Positions 10,093 through 23,426 of a DNA stretch of 64,000 bases are shown one piece after another (position 1 is the first letter of the stretch; each line of letters starts with the position of its first letter). The stretch covers positions 1,054,001 to 1,118,000 of the forward strand of contig CM082590.2 in NCBI GenBank assembly GCA_040954595.2, written 5' to 3'. A program made the translations under genes and the position numbers. Under the pieces are notes generated by a model. It was not told the origin of the DNA and did not search any database. It saw nothing but the letters and a program-made list of their open reading frames with translations. This DNA is from Balanoglossus misakiensis. Taxonomy: Eukaryota; Animalia; Hemichordata.

Positions 10093-12182
10093 TTATCATA
10101 CATGCCTACCTATAAAACAGTACGATTTGCGAACATGCGCCGAGAAAAACGATTTCAAATTTGAACCCGGCGCTGGGATCACGGCAGTAGCCATGTTGTG
10201 ACGTATGACGTCTGGGCCGTAGTATCATTTTAAGGGGGTTGGCAGTTTTCATTACGATGGGCACATCCGCATTCTAAATAAAATTGTCTACGTTCTCTTT
10301 CAAAATATCATGTTAACAGTTATTTTGCATTGAGAATTTCGAAGAACTAAAAATGATACATTCAACATGACAAAACCGCCAGCTTTGAAAACTTTATTAC
10401 AGCTTCTAATAACCGAATTTTACAACACCCCTCTCCACTAGAGTCCTATGCCCCGTGTGTCGCTCGCGCGCGCAGCGAACTGTCGCGCGGAGACGCGGAT
10501 GCGATATTTCATATTGTGAAATACCGTAAAATATCTTCGGGGCGAGAACAATAGAAAGTGTTAAATACAGTCGTTGCATGTATGATAAATGTGTATTAAT
10601 ACATTTCTAGACTTCTCTTGTAGACACACGAAAAACATGACAATGGAAGCAAACCACAGTGTGATTATAACTCAATAATCTATAAATAGTTGTTTAAACT
10701 CACCTTATGTATACCTAATTTGTTTAGCCCTTCCTTTAATTTCTCCAGACATGGATTTAATGACACTAAGCCAGTAGAGCTCTGATAAGACATAGGCACC
10801 TAGGAATTGAGGCAATACTCCATTCTGCAATATGCTCACAGCCATAAGAATTAATAATTTAAGTTACATTTTGAAGAGCTTCTGTGTGAGTTGCGAGAAG
10901 TTCAGTCTTACGAGTCATATAACATGAACCCATGTGTATGTCTTGATTGCCATTCATGAACTAATTTAACATGCAATTTGTCCACACAATACTCATAGAA
11001 AATCATTGGTCATGCATATTCAATGTTTGATTGGGTTTTGGCATTGGCATGAATCAACTTTGAATCAAAGAAAGTTTAGAAAGAATTCCCGTGTTCTGAG
11101 GGAATTAAAGGCATGAAATTAATATATAAAATATTGGAAATTAATCAACAATTTAAGAATAGCTCTTCTGTTTGAGAATCGCAATAGTGAAAGCAATTTG
11201 ATCCACAGTATTGAAATTTACAATACAAACAGAAAACCCTACATAACCCCTACATACCCTACATGGGCATAATCCCAGAATACCAATAAGTATACCAGCT
11301 AACAGCTGAAAATTGGCTAATTTAGGTTTGTCTTATTGAAATTTCTAGTGATATCAGTGGAGCAGCTAATAAATCCAATTTATTATGCAAATTAGATAAT
11401 TAATATGCACTGGTGTCAACCAAAAAGTATAATCAGATCTTCGCATTTTCCCAATGCATCTGTGTATCAAGTTTCATTGGAATCTGTTGAACGGTGCATG
11501 AGATATCAATGGAACAGCTAAGAATTGGCTAAGAATGGAATGTCATAACAGCGGAGGTAAAAAAAGGATGTCCATATGAACATGCCAGAACAAAAAATAT
11601 CTTACCTAAGATCTGACCAACAGTCACGTAATCATCACATAGGTGGTCTTTTAAGCCATTGTCAAAATATTTCTCTTTCAATATTCTTAATATTGAATTC
11701 AAAAATTCTTTACGTGGACCGCCATAGTCCTTTGCTCTCTGTGTGAAATTAATAATATAGATATCAGAAGTTAGTATATGGTAATAGATTAATCATTTTA
11801 AGTCAATAAAAATCCATTCAAACAAATGTTTTTCTTTACTTCAAATTACCTCTCCATAAAAGTCCACTCCAAGCGTTGTTCGTAGTTGCGGTATAGACAA
11901 GGCAGACATTTCATCAAAACCAGTTGATGAAAGGCACAGTCTGTCAACGCTAATCACAGTTGTATCACCTTCGTCACACTGATCCATTGCTTTGATTTCC
12001 AGAGCTCTACCAATGATCATTTTAGCTTGACAGCACTGGAGAATCTCCACAGGGTTTTCTATACTATGCTCCTTACAGTAATCAACAGTTTCTATAACAA
12101 TAGCTTCCACTTTCCTTTTTTCTGCATCTTCTCCCACTTCATCTTCTTCATCGACCACCTACAATGGGCAAAACAAGATTAA

Positions 12183-14264
12183 TTAAAGCTGCAAGCAGCA
12201 TTGAAGGGGCCCAAGCATAGAGTTAATAACCATTAGAATCCATTCAGGGTTGTACCATTCAAATGCGTAGGCTGTATTTGCTCTCGATGTTGAGATATGG
12301 GGAAGTAGGCAACCACCCGAAATGCATGTCCTACAAGTACAAACACAACAACCAAAGGTGAACTTCTCCGTTGTAAGTACTTCAGTAAGTACTTCAAAGG
12401 TCAGGTGAGGGAACCCAAAAATTGGGCCAAAAATAAGGATTCTTATTTGGTTCATATTCAAGACAACGGAAAATCCTCGCCCTTTGGGTTGGTCAAATTA
12501 TATATGGCCATAATAATGAGTTTCGCAAGTAAGTTACAGGTGGCCCCAGGAATTTAGCATTTCATGACGCAGAGGGTCCTACCTTACCCCTCCAAACACC
12601 TGGCTATATATGATGTGCATGCTAACATATGGAAAGCAGGTCAATGGACACCTGAGGTCACCCAAATATTTGACAAAAATTTTTCATTCCTGCTTATGTC
12701 ATGTGCAACAAATCTTACATTTGCAGCCCTTTCACTTTGCCTACCATTAGGTATGCACGTAATACATGAATCAAGCAGGTGTCACAGGTATCCCCCTGTA
12801 TTTGGCATTTTATGATAGTTTCATCCCTCCAAATACCAAAGCTGCACCTGTACAACGTGCTGAGATATGGCACTGTACGACAGAGGTCATCCAAATCACC
12901 TTATACATTTGGGCAAAAACCAACTGACACTTACATTCGTCCCTGTGGAACAAAAACCACACATATCGCCCTGTTGGTTAGTGTCCAATTAAATGTACAA
13001 AATCAATGACTTAGGCAGGTGCAACAGGTGACCCCGCCTTTGGTATATCATTATGGTCCCATCCGTATATCCCCCCCCCCCACCACGCCAAAGCTGCATG
13101 CATCTGCTGTTATTCACTAAGCACAAGTAGGTGAAATGTCACATAAGGTCGCCCACAACTTGACAGGAGAATCGGACTTCATATTGATCCATGTGCAACA
13201 AATACCACGCTAGCATCCCTTTCATTGACCCCACAATTGCGCATGCACATAATAGAGTTATGCAGGTACGGTGTCACAGGTGACCCCCGAATCGGGCGTA
13301 TTATTATGGTCCCATACAGCTGCATGAAGGTGCGTGCCATTATGGGGGACCTGATAACCCCCACGGCCACCTGCGGGCCAACCCCAATACTGAACGTCCA
13401 GTTGCAACGTCACGACTGAAGTAGGAACTTTTGAACGGCAACGAAGCCTGATCTCTGATGGTACTATACTCCCTTCGTGCAAGAAAATCACTGGTCTGCT
13501 TACGTATTTCGGCCAATTTCCCGAACTACTATCCACTACATGTGACTACCATGCTAATGATGAAACCTCCCACAACATTAGCGACTGAGGGTCAAAGTCC
13601 GCTGCCGCATTACATTGAATGTTAACCAGTGTAGCCGGGTCTTCGTAGACACATTTGAACGGCAACAGCTAACAAACTCAGCGTAATTCAATAAAACGCC
13701 CTAACACAGCCTGAACTCTGATAATGCGTTGTCCCAAAATTCATTCCGTGGAAAAGAATCACTGGTCTGTTTACGTATTTCAGCCGATTTTCCAAGGACT
13801 ACTGCAACCCGCCTGCTAATGAGATCTCCACAACATTACGTAATGACGTTCAAAGTCCGATGCCCCAGTGTTCGTCCTCAGCCCACCAAAAAATGCGAAA
13901 AATATTACATTAATCTTCTTCTCAAAATCAACGTGGCCTAGGACCTTGAAATTTGGCACAGGGGATTTTGGCCACATGGTCTACAAAAATCGCGAAAAGA
14001 ATGTACATGCCCCCATTAACGTGCAAATTAGGTCAATTTGAAAATTTCGCTCGATTATAGCCACCAAGTCACGTGACTAATTACAAATTCAAAGGGCAGG
14101 TGCACCAGTACTCATGGGCCCCAATCACCGTGCCAAATTTCAAGGTCCTAGGCCACGTCGATTTTGAGAAAAACGGGAGCAAAAAAAACGACTCAAGAAG
14201 AAAGAAGAAAAACTCCAGCAATAACAGAAGGGGACGAAGCGCCTGAGGGCGCTTGGTCCCCTAA
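12183..14264 (-). mobile_element. HINE/DINE-1-like non-autonomous Helentron-type element
   Basis: Minus-strand 5' stem GGGGACCAAGCGCC-CTCA-GGCGCTTCGTCCCC (14230-14261), then CTT-rich repeats, 3' subTIR GCTTGGGCCCC and terminal hairpin GCTGCTTGCAGC. A related element lies at ~62550-63476. Confidence 0.6.
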
Positions 14265-14829
14265 TAATTTAACATAAGTTAGGAAATATCTATATACCAT
14301 ATTTGGCCCAACAAAGATCAATAATGATATACAATCTGTTCATGGTACCTAAAAATGACTGCCCATATATTTTCCTTCTTTTAAACTGGATTGATTAGGG
14401 GATTTTGTGTACATTTCCTGCACCTTTTTGGCAGACATCCGTGCATATTAATTTTCACCTAAAATTGCGTTTTTGAGACCACAAAAATATGTAATGGCAC
14501 ATGTAACAAAATTGACAAAAAACAACATTTTCAACTTGATTTTTTTACAATTTACCAGTTAGTGGCCCCAAAAAGGGAAACTCACAGGAAAACAAAAAAT
14601 TAAACACTTACAAAATTGTCTCGCTCCATTTCCACATTTATATCAGAATTGGTTTCATTTTCATCAGAAACAGCAGTAGCTGTATTATTATCATTGCTGA
14701 AAGAAAGAAGATGGTCCTCATTTCAGTATCATATTCTCTATGTTATCATTAAATTATTATGCCAAATGTAATTGAAAATGGTATTAATACTTACACATGT
14801 ATGGGGTGAGAACACCGCCAAAAATAGCT

Positions 14830-15292
14830 GATGTCTTTATTTGGTAGTTTTCTCATCATTATTATGTTATTATGTCATTATTTGGCCATTACCTTGGCCA
14901 TTATTATGCTGTTATTTGGTTATTTGGCCGTTATTATGTCATTATTCAGTATTAATATCTTTATTTGGAAGTTTTCTCATCATTATTATGCTATTATGTC
15001 ATTATTTGGTTATTTGGTATTTATGTCGTGGTCTCGACATTACCTCGACCATTACCTCGGCCATTATTTGGTTCGCTCGACATTACCTCGGTCATTATTA
15101 TGCCGTTATTTCGTTATTTGGCCGTTATTATGTCATTATTCAGTACCGATGTCTTTATTTGGAAGTTTTCTCATCATTTTTATGCTATTATGTCATTATT
15201 ATGCCGTTATTTGGTTATTTGGTATTTATGCCGTGGTCTCGACATTACCTCGACCATTACCTCGGCCATTATTTGGTTCGCTCGACATTACC
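14830..15292. repeat. Degenerate TTATGTCATTAT-type subterminal repeats with a ~200-bp higher-order duplication
   Basis: Directly visible. It produces the spurious hydrophobic N-terminus of ORF 14841-16130. Confidence 0.85.
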
Positions 15293-15359
15293 TGACCTAC
15301 TTTATTATTTGAACTCTTGCCCGGTACCCAGAATTCATTGCACAAAATCATTGCACAAA

Positions 15360-18300
15360 ATGGCGACTGTACAAGTAATAACAAGACGGTTGTACGATAT
15401 TGCTTCCGCACTTGGGTCAGTAACTAGACCAAGTGAGTTGGAAGCTGTGTTTGACGAAATCGTTTTACAAGAAGAAGAACTGGTCCAATTATGCATCCAT
15501 ACTGATGTCCCAGACAACGTGTTTGCACAACTCAGTCTTGCTATGACAACTTTGATAGATTTTCTTGATAATCAGTCACAGAACATTGGTCCAAGCGTCT
15601 GTTGGCCGTATCGTTCATACAAAGTGAGTTCCGGGGAGCGTGGTAGACCTCGCTTCGATATCCCGAAAGAACAGTTGCAGTTCTTTGTAGCAGAAAGATT
15701 TAGCGTACCAGCAGTGGCAAAAATGCTTGGCGTTTCGATACGAACCATACAAAGACGTATGTACGAGTATGGCATTTCAATTGCGGAATCATATGCGGAG
15801 TTGTCTGATGAAGAGCTTGATGGAATGGTTACTGACATAACCAATCGTCTTCCAAACACGGGAATGAAAAGGCTACATGGACTGTTACTTGCCGAAGGTA
15901 AACGTGTGGCAATTTTTCGAGTCAGAGAAAGCCTTCGACGTGTAGATCACAGTGGAGTTGTCAGTAGGAGAAGAACTGCAATACGTAGGAGGCAGTACAA
16001 TGTTCCGTGCCCTAATGCATTGTGGCACATAGATGGAAACCATAAACTGATAAGGTTAGTGTACTTATTGGTCAAGCCTGTGAAATACTCAAACCGAAGG
16101 TCTCCATGCGTATGGACAAATGTGTTCTAAAAAACGGCTGGCTGAAATATATTTATAGGATAATGTTGGTGCTCTATCCCAGCTAATTCAGCAATCACAT
16201 AACAATTCACAAAACATTTTTCGGGTAAAATACTTGATGATATTAGCATAATTATGTTGAAAATATTTATATTGTATTTTAGGGCAATTTTTGCGATGTT
16301 ATTAAAAAGTCCATTTCTCAGAAATTGCCTGTCCTATTTTAAAAAATGGTTTGTAGGATGCTCTGTTCTTATTGTGATGTGTAAAAGATTATGATAAAAA
16401 TATTATTCTCATTCGGTTGATTTTGGGGTCAAATTTTTGGGTCTCTTTTTCAGAAATTGCTTGTCCAGTTGCTTTGAACTTCGGTTTGCAGGTTCCGGGC
16501 AATGTTTGCCATCAGACTTATCTATCATCTGATAAAAAATGTATAAATTTAATGCTAAAGGTATCTTGTTGGGTTTGTTTTGGTAATTGAGTCCAAATAA
16601 AATTGATGTATTTCACACTTGAGTGTACCAATTCTGATTAAATGGGAGGACAATGTCCTGACAGTATAAGATGAAATGTTTTTAGAAATTAAAGGGACAA
16701 AGTCTCTCTCTCGCTGCCCTTTTTTTCCATTAATTATATTTGATACAAAACACCGTTTGTTATTCTACATGTGGATATATAGTGAATGAACGTTCAACCA
16801 CACACAACTTCCATCCTCCTTATAGACAGGAGAGTGAAAAAACTCGCCAAAATGAATAATCGTTCTTTACCATTTATTTATTTTGGGCAAGTTTTACTCT
16901 CATATCATACAAGTGGGATGGAAGTTTTGTGTGGTTGATCATTGATTCACTATATATCCACATGTACATTAACATAAACTGTGTCTGGTATCAAACATAA
17001 TTAATGGAAAGGGGGCAGCGAGAGAGAGACTTTGTCCCTTTAAGAAAGCTTGCATTTATGTCACTACACCCCGATTTAATTCACTGGCGAAGTATTTTGT
17101 GATATTGCAGCAAGTTGTATGAACTGACAATCTAAATAGGCAGGATCATATTTCACTAACAGCTCAACAATGACCAAAGTTTGTCTGACATCCATCATAA
17201 GGGACAGACCATTTGATAGCCATGGATTATAGAAGGGGCTAAGAAGATTAAATGTTTGATTGAGTTATGTACAGTAACCATTCAATTTGATATTGCATGT
17301 GATGCATGGATGGATGCAATATACCAAATGGAGTTGTGGTGTCAATAATGCTATTTTTATCAGTAAAGGTTTCATTTTCAGACCTGTATCAACATCACTT
17401 GACAAGCCATTTCTGTCAATTTGTTGTCCATAGATGGAAGTTAGTAGTACATGGTGGAGTGGATGGTTTCTCAAGAATGGTGGTCTATCTTGTATGCAGT
17501 GACAACAACAGATCTGACACAGTTCTTGAAAGTTTTGAAGATGCCACTCAAAGATTCGGAGTCCCATCTCGGGTGAGAGCTGACAAAGGTGGTGAAAATG
17601 TATCTGTTTCACTATTTATGCTCAATCATCCAGCTAGAGGACCGGGAAGGGGAAGTTTCATATCTGGCAAGAGTGTACACAACCAGAGGATAGAACGTTT
17701 ATGGCGTGATGTATTTTGTGGTATTTTATTTAAATACTACAACCTGTTTTACTACCTCGAAGATAAATTGCTGCTTGATATAGAAAGTGACATAGATATG
17801 TTCTGTCTGCACTTTACATATTTACCAAGAATAAATCAAGATCTTCAGCACTGGTAAGAAGGTTGGAATCACCACAAACTTAGCACTGCAAATAGCAGAT
17901 CGCCAAGACAGCTTTGGATTCAAGGTTCTATGGAAATGGCAGGCTCAAATTACAGACCAATGAGAGAACTATTTGAACCAAGAACTGAGGTATGTACAGG
18001 TGCAGGTTCCATGCACTTTCAAAAGTCCTCATGCTGAGCATTTGTTTCTCACAATTCACACATCAAAATATCTTCAGAGGGACATTTCCTAACTGAAAAG
18101 AATTGAAAATAAGTGCGACATACAACATTTGTAATTGGCAGATGGTATCTCAAACCAAACTTTGCGACTGTTTCTTTTTAACTGGCTGACCCTTGCTCTT
18201 TAAAGATAATATGTCAAAAGATGGAAAATAGGAGATATAGTGATGATGCTTAGTGTTCTTTTATGGAAATCACAGATAGTGGACGATAATAAGAAACAGA

Positions 18301-18566
18301 TTTGATTTTTGTGCTTTAAACTGAATCTTTTATATTTTTTAAAGGACGAAATCATGCATTATGGGATTGACTAAGATGGACCTCTTCCAGAAGATACAAC
18401 AGATGCCAGAGTCGAGATTCCCATAGTTTGTTGTCCTTTAGAAGTTGATGAATTTAACGATCTCATCGGTTCCATTGACCCATTAAGAGATGGTGATATG
18501 TACGGCATATCAGTGTATCAAGATGTGATTAACTTTGTCAAGAGAGTGTTGGAAAACAGGGAATAA
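15360..18566 (+). pseudogene. IS3EU-like (IS3/integrase-core) DDE transposase, 3 exons, two nonsense codons
   Basis: Exons 15360-16054, 17434-17989 and 18345-18566 with GT-AG junctions. GRPR plus HTH (VAKMLGVSIRTIQRR). DDE motifs [18 protein letters not shown] and [14 protein letters not shown]. Stops at 17855-17857 and 18372-18374 (YGID*DGP). Confidence 0.88.
16693..17039. mobile_element. Kolobok-like palindromic MITE in transposase intron 1
   Basis: TTAA|AGGGACAAAGTCTCTCTCTCGCTGCCC ... GGGCAGCGAGAGAGAGACTTTGTCCCT|TTAA. A half copy lies at ~47670-47863. Confidence 0.9.
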
Positions 18567-19869
18567 AGAAGACTTGTTTTGGTCTTTATGCAGATTGTAA
18601 ACCTCAAGATTTATTGTCTTCCATTTGCCATATGTTTATGGCAAAGCAGAGCTTTTGGGGTAACACGTCTGTCATATGTACATGTATGTATGTATGCATG
18701 AATCCATGTTATGTATATTATATGTGTGTATGTCTGTCTACAAAAACAAAACAATTGATAGGGATGCATCTGGACTGTTGATTGAAATTTGTTTGAATTA
18801 TGTTGTATATATGCATATGAGCTCCCTCCCCCCTCCACGAAAAAAAAGATGTCAATTAAGAGCTAATATAGATCTGTTTATTTTGTGCTGATATTTGGAA
18901 TTTTCTATTTTAATTTTCTATTGTAATTTCGAGATTTCTTAAATTTGGGGTAAAATATTATCTTCTCAGATACTATTTGTCTGAGTGATACTGAAAGCTT
19001 TAAAATTTTATACGGTATGCACTATTTCTTGAAAACGGGAGCACAGTGTCATTGTCACTATTTTTCATATGAAGATTGGAAAATATTGTTTATCTCAAAA
19101 ACTTGCTACAGGCACTGTATTGATATCACATATTTTGTAAACCATTATTGAAAATGTCACAAAACTTGTATATGTAGAATGTTTTGATGTACCGTAGATT
19201 GCTTGTACAATATACATTGGTTAAGACTTGGCAACGGACAGAGAAATAAAAGCACCTCACTCCATTATTCAAGTTTATGTATAGGTCAAAGAGCACCATT
19301 CCTATGATTTCAATAAAATTGAAGCCCTATAAAGGTTATCAATTTTTTAATGCTACTTTAGAGGAGTTTGTGGTGTATGGTTCCCAAAGAAGGCTTTTTC
19401 TGACTGAGCACAACAGAGACAGTTACAACAAAACCAGTCATACCTCTGTTCCCTTTGAATAAAGACAAGATGAAGTAACTAACAAAAGAACATGTTTTGT
19501 TTATTTTTTTATTCAACAATCATTCAACAGGCAAATTCAATTTGCAATAACAGGATGAGGTACCCATTACTGCTGGGTAGGGGAAGAAGCAATGAGAAGT
19601 TAAGTGCCTTGTTCAAGGACACATCATCATGGCCATGCTTGGTCTCCCACTCACCATCTAGCCACTGAACCATGAAGCCCCTAAAAAGAGTCTAACTACT
19701 TGGTAACTAAAAACTTTATAACTAAAGCACAACACAACTATGTGTTTGAAAGCCACTGGCCAGGCCCATTGGACTTATAACCCCCTCCCCCCCCAAAAAA
19801 AAAAAAAAAATCTTGGGAGAAATCAACTGCCTTGGATTGGATTACTCGAAACACAGTGCATGTGTATGG

Positions 19870-20039
19870 CCAATCTGATTAAACTCCGATGAAGAGATGG
19901 GGTGATCTTTCACGCTCCGTATATATGGTCTTTTCTTCCGGGGTCCGACCATACTGAGGAATGGACCCCGGAAGAAAAGACCATATATACGGAGTGCGAA
20001 AGATCGCCCCGTCTCTACATCAAATTTTAATCAGATTGG
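19870..20039. repeat. Palindromic MITE-like element with ~78-bp arms
   Basis: CCAATCTGATTAAA...CTCCGTATATATGGTCTTTTCTTCCGGGGTCC-loop-GGACCCCGGAAGAAAAGACCATATATACGGAG...TTTAATCAGATTGG. Confidence 0.88.
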
Positions 20040-20467
20040 TGTATGACATGTCATGGTACATTGTCCATAACACAACTCTAAAAATAGCAATAATGTTGCT
20101 TAGCTACTATAGACTTGGACGGTACTTAAGACAAACATAGTACAATACCAGATTGCAAGTGCAAAGTTTCTTGACAATATTCTTGCGGCAGAATACCCTT
20201 TGCATACATACATGCGCATCTGTGGACAGAGGAACACACATGTAAATGAATAATTTCAAGGAAAGAAGCTAGTTGCTGATTTTTTGAGATATTCTAAGGA
20301 TAAAGATATTCTAAGGATCTCAACCAAAGCATGGAACCAAATATGTAATCCTTGTTCCAGACTATTTCTGGTGGTACTAACAAGTGAATTACAGTACAGA
20401 TACAATGTAAAATACAAAATGTCTTTTGCTAATGCACGAAAACAGAGATATCTTGTAACAGTCTTCT

Positions 20468-20573
20468 AAACAAGCGGCCTGTATGAACTGTGGTTTCTGA
20501 GAAGAAGTCAATTGTTGACAGACGGACAATCCACCTATCTGATAAGCTCTGCGTTGTTGACAGCAGAGCTAAA
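20468..20573 (-). mobile_element. Short HINE-like element
   Basis: Minus strand starts TTTAGCTCTGCTGTCAACAACGCAGAGCT, has GTCY repeats and ends CTTGTTT. The 5' end matches the element at 29166. Confidence 0.55.
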
Positions 20574-20776
20574 CGTGTATAGTGTATCCCAGTATATCAA
20601 TAGAATACACTGTATGCTCAATTGACAATATAGAGGAACACCTCTGCAATATAACTTTGCAATTAAGTTCAGAATATTCAACTGTGATATAACATTCCAT
20701 AGATCACACCTAAATGTGAGTTCATTGCTTGCTAGATCATTTCTGTCCTTTCTATTCAACTGGCACTCTGTATCTA

Positions 20777-21057
20777 CTAGACATTACCAAAATCACGACT
20801 ATTTGCTAGAGCAAAAGTTAGTCTCTCTGAGAATTCATCTATGCAGCTGAAATATCTTGGCAATCGCAGAGTATTGGCACATGTATTGGAAGTGGGAACA
20901 GTGGAATTTGTGATAAATTCTATGGACAGCCTTTCTTTGAAACCTAAAGGCGGTATTGAATGTGCGCCTGTGAAGAATGAGAGAATGTCAGCGAGTGTTA
21001 TGACAACTTCAGTAGATTCATTTTCACTCCCAGCATACAGACTTGCTTTCTGATTCC
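20777..21057 (-). CDS. Last exon of a second HECT E3 ligase, catalytic Cys retained, upstream exons not found
   Basis: Acceptor TTACAG then ITLADILSFFTGAHSIPPLGF...VPTSNTCANTLRLPRY...FGNV*. Confidence 0.82.
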
Positions 21058-23426
21058 CTGTAAGACATAAAATAAATGAAAATTGGAGAATGCACATGAG
21101 TAATAAATAAATTATATATAAAGTGGGCATTCAACCCATAAGACCCTTTTCTGCGGAAAGTTATTTAAAGGGGAAATAATTTACTGCATTTTGTATTTTT
21201 AATCTTTTTGGCACTTAATACGTGGTTACTGACCTTTAGCACATTCATCGATGAATTCAAACCAATAGTACATAGTAGTTTCTTCTTGTGTTCTGTTATT
21301 CGACCCACTTGGACTATATTCCACATGCATAGCTTTAAAGTAATCAGCTGATGGATACAACTTCTTACTGAAACACATGAAGTGCTCCATAGACCCTAAT
21401 TAAAAGAATAAAAAAAGATTGCGTAAATATACCTCTGTGTATCTGTTCAGATTAATTTTTAAAAACTTGGTCTTATTATAGATAGCCCCTAACAGAGAGA
21501 TCCCTCCATTGGAACCACCATATTACCTAGATAGATTCAAAGTTTACATGTATTGTTTTCATGAAACGGTTCATCTGGAAAGTGTTGCATGTGAAGTGAA
21601 TCCAATGCCTCACCCAATCTCCACGCAAACACTTGGGGTGGATAATTCTGACCTAGCTAGGGAGTCCGACCACTACCCCCCACCAATCTCTGCCACAGGC
21701 GACAATTCACACCCACTTTTTGGGTGTTGCGCGTTTTCTATAATATACATTTCCTGTTTTTTTTATGTTTAATATTTTGAACCAAAAAATATAAGAACTA
21801 AAAAATGCACCAGTTTCAAATAGTCCATGGGCCAGGACCCGATTTTTCATGAATTGGTATCAGAAAGATGGACAAAGCCTCATGTGGTTTTTTGGAAAGG
21901 CCTATATCTCTAGATTATAAATTGGGGTGATAGCCCTGCCTATCGAGTAGCTTTCTGCATTTTTTCCCTCAAAAACTAATGTAAGAACCTAAAAATTCCC
22001 GACCCAAATTTTGGGGGTAGGGGAACTTTAAATTGCTGTATCTCCAGCAAAACTAAAGCCAGAACAGTCATTTACCACTCAAATTGTGTGTTTTTTAGAA
22101 CTCTACCAATATAATAAATTTTGGTGGTAATTCGTTTTGAATTGAGGTCAATAGAGGTCAAAAGGTCATGAAATTTGGGTCATTCTGAAAATTTGTAGTA
22201 TGACTATTTCTTGAACGATAGTTTTGAACTTAAGTCTTTAAATGTCATTCAGAAGATAAAATACTCTCCCAGAATGTATTTCAAACCAATAAAAAATCTT
22301 ATTATTCATTTATGACCAGAAAAACACAAATAAGGAGAAACGACAGAAAGACATCCAATTTTCCACTCAGATTTAAGGGTAGGGGAAACTTAAGTTCTTG
22401 TAACTCCGGCAAAAATAAACCCAGAACAGTCATCTACCACTCAAATTGTGTGTTTTTTAGAACTCTACCAATATAATATATTTTGGTGGTAATTCGTTTT
22501 GAATTGAGGTCAATAGAGGTCAAAAGGTCATGAAATTTGGGTCATTCTGAACATTTGTAGTATGACTATTTCTTGAACGATTTTTTTGAACTTATAAGTC
22601 TTTAAATGTCATTTAGAAGATAAAATACTCTCCCAGAATCTATTTCAAACCAATAAAAAACCCTATTATTCAATTACGATCAGAAAAACACAAATACAGA
22701 GATACGGAAGAATGGCACAAGACTTCAGACCCTGATATTGGGGTAGGGGAAACTTAAGTAGTTGTAACTCCGGCAAAAATAAAGCCAGAACAGTCATCTA
22801 CCTCTCAAATTGTGTGTTTTTTTAGCACTCTAGCGATTGTATATGTATTTGTTGCAATTTTGTTCTGAATTTAGGTCAAAGAGGTCAAAAGATCACAAGA
22901 TTTGGGTAATTTCGAAAAATTATGGTACGAACATTTCCCGCATTAATTTTTTAAACCCAAGTCTTCAAATGTCATTTATGAGATAAAATACTCTACACCA
23001 TTTTTTTCCCGAACCAATTGAAGACCTTATTATTCAATTACAATCAGAAAAAAAATTAGTAGAGAAACGGGATAATAACAAACAATTTCCCACGGATTTT
23101 GGGGTAGGTTTGGCCATCTAACAGGTAAGTATACACCCAACTGATCATGCACATATGGTGTTTAGGAGAACGGATGTGCAGATTTGTGAACCTTTGCATG
23201 CTGCTCATGTGCACTGTACTTGTATGATGATTCCTAACAATACTACGAGAAGGCGCCATTATAGCATTGTAGCTCTGATTGTGTATTATTGTTGGATACC
23301 ATTCTACAGTGTACAGGCACAGCAGATGACAAGCCAAGCAAAGGTTCAAAAATCTGCTTATTTTTTTTCCTCAACACAATATGAGCATGATTTATTTATA
23401 TTCAGGTCCAGTATAATAAATAAAAA

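Larger units (their letters stand above)
8657..12158 (-). pseudogene. Spliced HECT-domain (G2E3-like) E3 ubiquitin ligase pseudogene, 3' exons
   Basis: Exons: 12158-11850 (...RTTLGVDFYGE), 11738-11606 (RAKDYGGPRKEFL), ~10841-10704 (AVSILQNGVLPQFL; GG acceptor and frameshift), 9907-9556 (LTPSFSENGSN/RTYE, split by an insertion), ~9420-8657 (VTLEDVLVFTTG.EQEPVLGF...PTSDTYINLLKLPRP...FGRV*). The catalytic Cys position reads Tyr. Confidence 0.85.

Noticed and set aside
14290-14725. Possible additional upstream exons of the first HECT gene
   Set aside because: Low-complexity and stop-interrupted, with no diagnostic motif.
14841-15359. Hydrophobic N-terminal 173 aa of the 429-aa ORF as a membrane domain fused to the transposase
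   Set aside because: It is a translation of subterminal repeats. The plausible start is MATVQ at 15360.
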